Positions 53,816 through 61,830 of a stretch of DNA of 64,000 nucleotides are shown piece by piece; position 1 is the stretch's first letter; each line of letters starts with the position of its first letter. The notes beneath the pieces are model-generated. The model saw only the letters and a program-made list of their open reading frames with translations, did not search any database and was not told the origin of the DNA. The position numbers and the translations under genes are program-made. The stretch spans positions 728,007 to 792,006 of the forward strand of contig JACROE010000002.1 in NCBI GenBank assembly GCA_016214565.1, read 5' to 3'. This stretch comes from Candidatus Kerfeldbacteria bacterium. GTDB lineage: Bacteria; Patescibacteriota; Patescibacteriia; UBA10025; JAHIVO01.

Positions 53816-56560
53816 ATGTCTATGTTTATACAATCACGTTTGTCCTCTAGCATTACTTTAGTAGTGGGTTTTTTGTTGGTAGGAGCGGTGGTAATTTTAT
53901 TAGCTCCGGCTGCTGATGCTGCAACAAATATATCTGCCTGTGGAGTGCTCTCGACCGCCAATGAGACATATCTCTTAACTCAAGATGTGACTGCAACAGG
54001 AACGTGTTTCACAATTGCTGCGCATGGTATCACACTTGATTTACAAGAACACACCATTTATTATGGCACTGGATCGGCTACTCGAATGTACGGTGTGGCA
54101 ATACCATCCTCGAGTGTTACTCGCCGCCCGTGGTTTCCTGACCCGAGTATTCCGAATAGTGCATTTGTAGGTGCTGATAATGTGACTATTCAGAATGGCA
54201 TGATAGTTCAATTTGGTGATGGCACCGAATCTTACCCAATATATATTTGGGGCTCAGATAATACAACCATTACCGGTACCTTAACGCAATCCAACGGCGA
54301 TGATACGGGTAATATTTATTTTAATTACAGCAGCGGAGCTACTGTTTCTGATAATTACCTCATCAATTTTTCTTCGGTTGTAACAAATCGACATCAAGGG
54401 CGCGATGTGATTGGATTTGAAGGAGGTAATGGAAATTTACGCATTCATAATAATTATATCTGGGGTGGACCGCAATATGGAATTCGGGTGCGTCAGGGAT
54501 CCGCTACTCAGCCGGTATATATTTATGACAACTATATTAGCAATGATGGAATAGTAGCGAATCCTTATGCGATCGGGGTTTCAGTAAATAATGCTCGTGT
54601 TTATGGCAACACTATCACACCGAATAATGGTCGTGGTATTCATTTAGCAGGTGTCACGGGCGCTCAAGTATATAATAATACAATTTCAGTTAGCGAAGGG
54701 GCAAATCTAGAGTACAGCCCGGGCTGGACTCAAGGAATTAAGGTTGAAAATAGTTATTATGCTTCAATTCATGATAATGAGATTTGGGCTACTGCTGGCA
54801 ATGGTTTTGGCCATGCCTATGCCCTTGATATAACGCATGATCCTAGCTCTGGCGCTCCGTCTAATAGTGAAATATTTGATAACACATTTGTTGCGATTAC
54901 GTGGGATAATGATCGTACGGCTGCCGCGATACACTTGACAGGAGTGAATCCAAGTAGTGGCTTTGATATCCATCACAATGATATACAGGGGAACAACTAT
55001 TTAGTTTTCGCTGATTACGATTCAGCCAGTGATGTACATTTTCGGTCAAATTCATTTTCCCAAATGGGCGAAGCTACCAATTTAAAATTCTTGTATTTTT
55101 ATACTGGCAGCAAACCCTCTCAAGACTTATATTTCCTTGACTCTACTTATGATGTATGGATCAACCCAACTAATGCTGGATATCGGGCGGCCGGTGCAGA
55201 TGTGAGTTATCATATACAGCAGTACATTTCACTTGCGGTGACCAACGAATCAGCAGTGCCGCTTGCGGGTGCTTCAGTGAGCATTCGTGATAACGCTGGT
55301 ACCGTAGTTGGCAGCGGGACGACCGATAGTGAGGGTCAGGCACTATTTGCCGTGAAAACTAATTCATACGTAGGCAAACCGTTCGTCAGCACAGCGTTTA
55401 CGCCCCATACTGTTTATGTGAGTAAAACTGGATTTAAAAGTATTGCCTATCCTGTCACGCTCTCTAGCTCACAGGCGGTGATAGTTGCTCTAGCAAGCAT
55501 AACAGGTGGTGGCCAGTCATCTGCTGATCAAGAACTTTTTGATGATACGGCAGATCCGGTACCTTCGCCGTTACCTGCTCCCGGAACGAGCGTCAATCCT
55601 ACACCCATGGCCTGGTCGCCTCGTTTGACGGAGTCAACCGCATCATTCTTTGCGTACCGGTCCGACGAGCGGAAGGGATATCAGGTTGCTGCCGGCAATG
55701 TGCTGCGCGATTATCGGGAGGAAATTATTGTTGGTACCACTTCGGGTATGGCGCCACATGTGCGCGTATTTGATAATGCTGGCAATGTACGCAGCCAGTT
55801 TTTCCCCTATGATCCTGGATTGCGTAATGGTGTGACCGTCACCGCCTGCAACGTCATGGGGAATTCGCTTGAAGAAATTGTTACGGCGCAAGATCGCGGT
55901 GGCTGGCCGTTAATTCGAATTTTTAACGGATTTGGTGAACGACTTCATGAAGGGTTCTTTGTTTTTGATGGAAAGTTTACTGGTGGTATCAACCTTGCCT
56001 GTGGCGATATCAATGGAGATGGCTTGCATGAAATTATTGTAGCGGCTCGGCGCGGTGGTGGGCCGCAAGTGATGGTGTATAGTGGCACTGGACGCATAAT
56101 TGCAAATTTTATGGCGTATGATAAGGGATTTCGTGGCGGTATCAGTGTAGCCGCGGCTGATACTGATGATGATGGTATAGATGAAATAATTACCGGCCCG
56201 CAGTGGGGCGCTCCACATATTCAGATTTTTAACGTTTCCAGTGGTACCGGAAGACGGGATTCGCCTGGATTTTTCGCTTTCAATCGAGATTATCGTGGTG
56301 GCGTATCGGTTGCCGGTCTTGATACCAATGGCGACGGGACGAAAGAGATTGTTGTTGGAGTCGGGGATAACGCAACTCCCTTTGTCAAAGTATACTCAGG
56401 TCGTCAAGAGTGGCGCGATGAATTTTTTGCCTATGGCACCAGTTTTCTAGGCGGTGTACAATTAGCGGGTGGGGATGTTGATGGAGATGGAGCCGATGAA
56501 TTGATAACGATTCCTCGAGGACGTGGGGCACCGCAAGTTCGAGTCATAGATTTAGATTAA
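53816..56560 (+). CDS. Secreted parallel beta-helix (pectin-lyase-fold) protein with FG-GAP repeat C-terminus
   Basis: Signal peptide; repeated I..N.I / GI.V beta-helix rungs; C-terminal ~300 aa paralogous to that of the upstream gene. Confidence 0.85.
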   Translation: MSMFIQSRLSSSITLVVGFLLVGAVVILLAPAADAATNISACGVLSTANETYLLTQDVTATGTCFTIAAHGITLDLQEHTIYYGTGSATRMYGVAIPSSSVTRRPWFPDPSIPNSAFVGADNVTIQNGMIVQFGDGTESYPIYIWGSDNTTITGTLTQSNGDDTGNIYFNYSSGATVSDNYLINFSSVVTNRHQGRDVIGFEGGNGNLRIHNNYIWGGPQYGIRVRQGSATQPVYIYDNYISNDGIVANPYAIGVSVNNARVYGNTITPNNGRGIHLAGVTGAQVYNNTISVSEGANLEYSPGWTQGIKVENSYYASIHDNEIWATAGNGFGHAYALDITHDPSSGAPSNSEIFDNTFVAITWDNDRTAAAIHLTGVNPSSGFDIHHNDIQGNNYLVFADYDSASDVHFRSNSFSQMGEATNLKFLYFYTGSKPSQDLYFLDSTYDVWINPTNAGYRAAGADVSYHIQQYISLAVTNESAVPLAGASVSIRDNAGTVVGSGTTDSEGQALFAVKTNSYVGKPFVSTAFTPHTVYVSKTGFKSIAYPVTLSSSQAVIVALASITGGGQSSADQELFDDTADPVPSPLPAPGTSVNPTPMAWSPRLTESTASFFAYRSDERKGYQVAAGNVLRDYREEIIVGTTSGMAPHVRVFDNAGNVRSQFFPYDPGLRNGVTVTACNVMGNSLEEIVTAQDRGGWPLIRIFNGFGERLHEGFFVFDGKFTGGINLACGDINGDGLHEIIVAARRGGGPQVMVYSGTGRIIANFMAYDKGFRGGISVAAADTDDDGIDEIITGPQWGAPHIQIFNVSSGTGRRDSPGFFAFNRDYRGGVSVAGLDTNGDGTKEIVVGVGDNATPFVKVYSGRQEWRDEFFAYGTSFLGGVQLAGGDVDGDGADELITIPRGRGAPQVRVIDLD

Positions 56561-56582
56561 AAATTAATTAATTTGTAAAGTT

Positions 56583-58775
56583 ATGCAACGCAATTATTTC
56601 GTCATTTCAATTGTCTTGCTGATTGTTATCGGCGTTATACTTGGGGGTGTCTATTGGTATACACAAAATAACGGATTTATTGATCCAGCATTACTGTCAT
56701 TTGGTGAGTCCAATAAACCAGTTGCCGCTACGCTCGCATATCAGCAGGGGACCGTCTTGGTGCGTGTAGACGGCGCAGATTGGGCGACCGTTGAGACGGA
56801 CACCATTTTGCATGCTGGAGATCAGGTATCAACTGGCATCGACAGCAAGGCGATCATAGAATTTGAGAATGGCGACGTCATGCGTTTAGGATATACCACG
56901 GAAGTGGTGCTGACGGAATTGGGTACCAATCGGATGATTATTACCCAGCAGAACGGCGCAACCTATCATCGGGTGGCCAAGAATCCTAATCGTACGTATT
57001 CGGTGAGCAGCGATGATATGCTGGTGAGCGCATTAGGCACCGCTTTTGATGTGATTGATAGTGGTGATACAAAAACAGTCGGCGTCATTGAAAGTTCCGT
57101 GGTCGTCGATACTGATTTAGATAACGAGCAGGTACCCGAAGGGTCAAAAGCGTTAATAACCGAGACGAGCGACGATATTAGTGTGGCGGAAATTGATGCG
57201 GATTCATTACAAAGCGATTGGTATACGTGGAATAAGGAAGAGGATTCAAAGAAGACGGATGACCTCGGTGCATTTGAGCCGTATGCCGGGCCTACTCTGA
57301 CCATTACCGAGCCGACGACCCCATTGGTGACCAGCACCACCTCGGTTCAGGTAGTTGGCACTGTCTCAAGCGACGCCACCGGTGTCACCATTAATGGTAC
57401 GGCAGTTGCACTGGCTGAATTATCATTTGCTCATACAGTGTCGCTGATGGCCGGCAAAAATGTTATCGAGGTCATTGCTACTGATGCGGCGGGTGATCGT
57501 ACCGTCAAGGAGCTACTCGTAACCGTTCCCAGCGAGACGCAGGCCACTCCATTGATCTTAACTGGTGAAACAACTACCACGGGCGTATCTTTGAAATGGA
57601 ACCGATCCACCAGCAGTAGTTTCAGCCAGTACAAAGTGGTTCGGTCTACAACCGAGGCTGAGCCGGTCTATCCGGGCGCGGACGTTATCGCTGCGCTTCG
57701 TTCGGGAGAGGAACGTTTTACTGATACCTCCGGTTCAGCAGAAACAAGTTACTATTACCGAGTTTGTGAGCTCATGTCAGACGATGCAATTTTTTGCTCA
57801 AATGTGATATTTATGCGCGGGAAAGCTGCGGCGGCTGAGGAGGAAGAGGCTGACGAAGAGCGGGTTGGTATATTTTTATCAGGTACGGCTGGAAGTACGG
57901 GTATTACATTGAAATGGATTGTAGAAAATATCACCGTGACGAATGGATTTAAAGTTATTCGCAGTGATAAAGAAAATCCAAGTTATCCAGGAGACACCGC
58001 TGAGCGGGTGAGTGACTCGGCCGTCCGAAGTTATACCTGGACTCTCACTGACGGCAAGACCTATCATTTCCGGGTGTGCCAATATACTGAAAATGGCTGC
58101 ACGGTCTACAGCAACGACGTTGCGGTGACTGCCACTGCACCAACTACCAGTGACTCTGTCAGCATAACCATGTCTGCTAAAGCTCAGGAAAATGGCGTGG
58201 GCCTTTGGTGGACCGACGCGTCAGACATTACCGGATTTAAATACTACAAGGTAGTCCGTTCAGAAACCGACGCAGATCTTCGCTATCCTGATGACGGGTA
58301 TATTGCTGCAAAATCTGATGATGAGCTGAGCCACCTCGACTACAGCGCGAAAAAGGGTAAGGCGTATTACTATCGCATCTGCGCGGTGGGTAATGAGATA
58401 TACTGTAGTAATGTGGTGCGCGTTACCGCTATCCATATCAATGCCGCTCCCGTGGCTGTCTCATTGACTGCAGTTGTCGATGGCGGTGCGGTCGTTCTCT
58501 CATGGACGCAGTCAAATGAAGCAGACTTTTCGGCGTATAAAATTGTTTGGTCCCAGACCGACAGCACTCCAACTTACCCTGATTCAAGCTATTTGAAGGC
58601 AATTTCTGATAAAAGTGAACGAAGTTATTCTGACACGGGCGCCGTGGTCGGACAGCGGTCGGCGGCGGTGACTATAACCAGCGGTACACATTACTACAGT
58701 GTTTGTGTGCTGGATTCACAAGGGCAAGTAGCGTGCAGTAATACGGTGACGGTCATTGCGGGAGTGGTGCAGTAA
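56583..58775 (+). CDS. Membrane-anchored FecR-domain protein with Ig and FN3-like repeats
   Basis: LHAGDQVSTG..SKA.I.F.NG...RL and ALGTAFDV (FecR); four L.W...F..YK..S...P.YP...YY.VC repeats. Confidence 0.82.
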   Translation: MQRNYFVISIVLLIVIGVILGGVYWYTQNNGFIDPALLSFGESNKPVAATLAYQQGTVLVRVDGADWATVETDTILHAGDQVSTGIDSKAIIEFENGDVMRLGYTTEVVLTELGTNRMIITQQNGATYHRVAKNPNRTYSVSSDDMLVSALGTAFDVIDSGDTKTVGVIESSVVVDTDLDNEQVPEGSKALITETSDDISVAEIDADSLQSDWYTWNKEEDSKKTDDLGAFEPYAGPTLTITEPTTPLVTSTTSVQVVGTVSSDATGVTINGTAVALAELSFAHTVSLMAGKNVIEVIATDAAGDRTVKELLVTVPSETQATPLILTGETTTTGVSLKWNRSTSSSFSQYKVVRSTTEAEPVYPGADVIAALRSGEERFTDTSGSAETSYYYRVCELMSDDAIFCSNVIFMRGKAAAAEEEEADEERVGIFLSGTAGSTGITLKWIVENITVTNGFKVIRSDKENPSYPGDTAERVSDSAVRSYTWTLTDGKTYHFRVCQYTENGCTVYSNDVAVTATAPTTSDSVSITMSAKAQENGVGLWWTDASDITGFKYYKVVRSETDADLRYPDDGYIAAKSDDELSHLDYSAKKGKAYYYRICAVGNEIYCSNVVRVTAIHINAAPVAVSLTAVVDGGAVVLSWTQSNEADFSAYKIVWSQTDSTPTYPDSSYLKAISDKSERSYSDTGAVVGQRSAAVTITSGTHYYSVCVLDSQGQVACSNTVTVIAGVVQ

Positions 58776-58788
58776 AATTGCAAAAACG

Positions 58789-58817
58789 AAACAGGCCGTC
58801 TTTTAGACGGTCTGTTT
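58789..58817. terminator. Bidirectional intrinsic terminator
   Basis: AAACAGGCCGTCT/AGACGGTCTGTTT with A and T flanks, between convergent transcription units. Confidence 0.85.
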
Positions 58818-58844
58818 TTGTTCATGCATAATCAATCCCCAAAG

Positions 58845-58919
58845 CGGGCCCAAGGGGATTTGAACCCCTGGTCTCCTCCGTGACAGGGAGGCGTGTTAAC
58901 CGGGCTACACCATGGGCCC
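58845..58919 (-). tRNA. tRNA-Asp(GTC), CCA not encoded
   Basis: GGGCCCATGGTGTAGCCCGGTTAACACGCCTCC-CTGTCAC-GGAGGAGACCAGGGGTTCAAATCCCCTTGGGCCCG folds as a cloverleaf with discriminator G73. Confidence 0.97.
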
Positions 58920-58941
58920 ACTTTGGGGACAGTCGGCAGGA

Positions 58942-59286
58942 TTATTTGGAGATTTCTTTAACCAGCGCAGCAAATGAATCTGGATGGTGTTCAGCAAGAT
59001 ACGATAATGATTTTCGGTCTAGCTGGACATTAGCTTTCTTCAGCAGATTGATCAGACGGCTGTAGGAAACATTGTGTTCTCGTGAGCCAGCATTAATTTT
59101 TGTCGTCCATAGATTTCGGGCGGTTCGTTTCTTGACGCGGCGATCGCGATAGGCGTGGGCGCCAGCTTTTTTGACAGCGGTTTTCGCACGGCGAATAAGA
59201 CTTTTGCGACCCCAACGAAAACCCTTCGTGCGTGCAAGTAATCGTTTTCGGCGATGAACATGACTAGTACCTCGTTTGACGCGCAT
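58942..59286 (-). CDS. rplT: 50S ribosomal protein bL20
   Basis: MRVKRG...AYRDRR.KKR..R.LW..KINA...SYSRL...LDRKSL. Confidence 0.97.
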   Translation of the reverse strand: MRVKRGTSHVHRRKRLLARTKGFRWGRKSLIRRAKTAVKKAGAHAYRDRRVKKRTARNLWTTKINAGSREHNVSYSRLINLLKKANVQLDRKSLSYLAEHHPDSFAALVKEISK

Positions 59287-59289
59287 AGG

Positions 59290-59490
59290 TTATCGATACG
59301 GAGTTAATTGCTTAATCGATTTTATCGCTTCAGTGGCGGCCACTGATTGGTCGCGACGTTTGCGGCGGGTGACCACTCCTGATTCGCGGGAATTGAAGTG
59401 ATCCTGGCCTGCCGTACGTCGAATCAGGCGGCCTGAGCCGGTCTGTTTGATGCGTTTGGCAGTTGCTTTGTGGGTCTTGAGTTTTGGCAT
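59290..59490 (-). CDS. rpmI: 50S ribosomal protein bL35
   Basis: MPKLKTHKATAKRIKQTGSG; infC-rpmI-rplT gene order. Confidence 0.96.
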   Translation of the reverse strand: MPKLKTHKATAKRIKQTGSGRLIRRTAGQDHFNSRESGVVTRRKRRDQSVAATEAIKSIKQLTPYR

Positions 59491-59516
59491 GGTAGTAGCT
59501 GAATTAGGTAGGTTAT

Positions 59517-59545
59517 AGCTTAATAAGGATACTCAAAAAAGTCAA
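59517..59545 (-). promoter_or_regulatory. Internal sigma70 promoter for rpmI-rplT
   Basis: Minus-strand TTGACT-17-TAAGCT. Confidence 0.55.
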
Positions 59546-59581
59546 CGGTTGGTAGGAAGGGGGAGTAGCCGTGATTATCGG

Positions 59582-60139
59582 CTATTTTTTCAATCCAATA
59601 ATCATGAATAAGCGATTGCCCTGGCGGGAGACATTTTTTTCTACCGCTGCGCCGGGCAGTCCCTGGGCGAGATCGTCCACAAACTTTTTCATGATTTCCT
59701 GAGCGCGATCCGCATAGGCGCGTTCACGGCCGCGCAGAATCATTTCTACTTTTGCCTTGTCGCCTTTTTCGAGGAATTTGGCGGTCTGGCGGCGACGATT
59801 CTCTAAGTCGTGCGGTCCGATTTTTAGAGTGAGGCGAATGCCCTTGATTTCAACTTTTTTCTGCTTGGCTTTCTGTTTGCGTTCTTTCTTGTCGAGATTA
59901 AATAAGAACGCGCCATAGTTTGCGATGCGGCAGACGGGGGGCTGAGCCATGGGTGAGACTTCGATGAGATCGAGACCCCGTTCGATAGCAGTCGCGAGCG
60001 CTTGACTCGTTGACATGACGCCGAGCTGCTGGCCCTGTTCGTCAATGATTCTCACTTCAGGAACTTGGATCTGATGGTTGACCCGGTTGCGGCGGACAAA
60101 CTTTGGTTTATGTACGTGGCGGATAGGAGTGGCAGTCAA
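59582..60139 (-). CDS. infC: Translation initiation factor IF-3 (non-AUG start: TTG 60139 or ATC 60124)
   Basis: N..I...EVR.ID..G.QLG, LDLIEVSP.A.PPVC, FLEKGDKAKV...RGRE. Confidence 0.96.
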   Translation of the reverse strand: MTATPIRHVHKPKFVRRNRVNHQIQVPEVRIIDEQGQQLGVMSTSQALATAIERGLDLIEVSPMAQPPVCRIANYGAFLFNLDKKERKQKAKQKKVEIKGIRLTLKIGPHDLENRRRQTAKFLEKGDKAKVEMILRGRERAYADRAQEIMKKFVDDLAQGLPGAAVEKNVSRQGNRLFMIIGLKK

Positions 60140-60151
60140 TGATTAAATAGA

Positions 60152-60552
60152 TGGTGGAAGCGAGGGGTATTGCACCCCTGTCCATGATGTTCGCGGTATT
60201 CATTTCTACAAGTGTAGTTCGTTTGGATTTGGCAACCGCCTGGTAAAAGCGAACAAAAGTCCGGGCGGCTGTTCGTCACACCAATTGTCGAGAATACGCG
60301 GTGACGGCGCGCATTCCGTATCCCGAAAATGTCACTACGCTATACTATCGGGCGTTGTATAGGTAATGGCGGTTGGATGTATTATGCAACCGCGAGTGCC
60401 GGCATACGGAACGCCGAAGCGATCGTAGCCTTCACTTTTGAAACAAATGAATTGGCATTTGTATAGTGTTATCAGTTTGATTTACATCTCACGATAACAA
60501 GAGATGACTTGCCATGAATATCAACGTGCACCTGTCGATTTTTTCTGCTCCC
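60152..60552 (-). ncRNA. ssrA: tmRNA (one-piece); tag ANSFVSKVKATIASAFRMPALAVA at 60456-60382
   Basis: 5' GGGAGC..AAAAAATCGAC and 3' T-arm AGGGG-TGCAATA-CCCCT plus CGCTTCCACCA with a G3:U70 pair. The tag ORF ends ALAVA-TAA, and smpB is adjacent. Confidence 0.93.
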
Positions 60553-60601
60553 AGGAGATAATGAGGGGACAACTACAGTTTTCCCCTCATGACTCTTGTT
60601 G

Positions 60602-60630
60602 AAAACCCTCCGCCTCAGGCGGATGGTTTT
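60602..60630. repeat. Palindromic element / terminator downstream of smpB
   Basis: AAAACC-C-TCCGCCTCAGGCGGA-T-GGTTTT inverted repeat. Confidence 0.6.
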
Positions 60631-60656
60631 CGATACTTTTCACAAGCAGAGTGCGG

Positions 60657-61103
60657 TTATGCTTTCTGGCGCAGTGCCCGCTGGATGTCCCGATCGGTTT
60701 CACGCTTTTTGATAGCAGCGCGCTTGTCGAATTGCTTCTTACCTCGACACAATCCTAGTTTGACCTTGATGAAGCCGCCCTTAGTATAAACAGAAAGTGG
60801 CACTATTGTCAACCCTTGGGAGTGCTCTTTACCGATCAAAGAATCAATTTCTTTCCGGCGCATGATGAGGCTGCGCTCCCGAATTGGATCGAGCACATGG
60901 TTCTGACTGCGGGGGTATTTACTAATATGGGTATTCAATAATCGAAGCTGGCCGTTATGCGTAGAAACATATCCACCCTGCAGGCTCATATGCCCCAGTT
61001 TGGCAGACTTAACTTCCGGACCGGCTAATACAATACCCGCCTCGTATTCCTCAAGTACGTGGTAATCATGATAGGCCCGTTTGTTGGTGGCTAGGGTAGG
61101 CAT
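60657..61103 (-). CDS. smpB: SsrA-binding protein
   Basis: NKRAYHDY, EAGIVL.G.EVKS, GLTIVPL, GKKQFDKR. Confidence 0.97.
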   Translation of the reverse strand: MPTLATNKRAYHDYHVLEEYEAGIVLAGPEVKSAKLGHMSLQGGYVSTHNGQLRLLNTHISKYPRSQNHVLDPIRERSLIMRRKEIDSLIGKEHSQGLTIVPLSVYTKGGFIKVKLGLCRGKKQFDKRAAIKKRETDRDIQRALRQKA

Positions 61104-61198
61104 AGGTCTGTAGTATAGTCGATATTGGCTGGTAAATAAATCTCGCCCGGCGTTATATCACGTCGGACGAGGTGCGAAAGCTCCGCTACGCCAGGAGG

Positions 61199-61768
61199 CT
61201 ATTTTCGCGGAACGAAAGTTAGTCGCGCCACAGACTCAGTGTACTGATAGAGATTTTGGATATCTCGATAGAGTGCGCCATTGAGAATTGAGTATTCCAC
61301 AAAGAGTGGAAATCCTTCAGAAAACATATGATCCAGTATAAGCGCGGTACAGAGCGCTGCATCGATCTGAGGGAGCGCTACGTATTCAGTCGGCGATCCA
61401 TTATTCTTGAATCCAAGTTCGGCGATGAGGCAGCCGTTGCTATTACTCAGATAGATGCCATCGAGCGTAGGCCGTTGGGCGGGAATTAACATCATCATCT
61501 CATCCAGTAATGTGTCGGCGTGAATATGCCCAAGCTGGATCTGCGATAATTTTTTGATCGTCTTGGGAGGGAGCTGGATAAGGGCGCAGGCTTGCGTGTC
61601 GGCGTGAATGAGGGCGATCAGATGCTCCTGATCAATTGTTGACGCCTGGCTCGGCAAAGGATCAATGCATTGTTCGTGACTGATGACACACAAATCAACG
61701 CTTAGATACTGAAGAGTGCTATCAGACATACTGTCCTCCTGTTGGTGGGTATCGATAAGAAGGTGCAA
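61199..61768 (-). CDS. Hypothetical protein, possible highly diverged bifunctional-nuclease (DUF151) fold
   Basis: LIAEL.F...DAAL..AL......PLFV...IL resembles the DUF151 C-terminal pattern. Confidence 0.5.
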   Translation of the reverse strand: MHLLIDTHQQEDSMSDSTLQYLSVDLCVISHEQCIDPLPSQASTIDQEHLIALIHADTQACALIQLPPKTIKKLSQIQLGHIHADTLLDEMMMLIPAQRPTLDGIYLSNSNGCLIAELGFKNNGSPTEYVALPQIDAALCTALILDHMFSEGFPLFVEYSILNGALYRDIQNLYQYTESVARLTFVPRK

Positions 61769-61830
61769 AGTCCTTAATCCTAATCCTAGCTCCGCCGTTC
61801 GTCAAGCGCTGATTGTGCTATACTGTACCT

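Noticed and set aside
52890-56560. Diversity-generating retroelement TR/VR pair in the duplicated FG-GAP regions
   Set aside because: Differences are spread over synonymous sites rather than confined to adenines, and no reverse transcriptase is in the window.
58880-59065. 61-aa plus-strand ORF
   Set aside because: It is antisense to tRNA-Asp and rplT.
59491-59581. L20 leader RNA
   Set aside because: No convincing structure was recognised; the gap is explained by a promoter.
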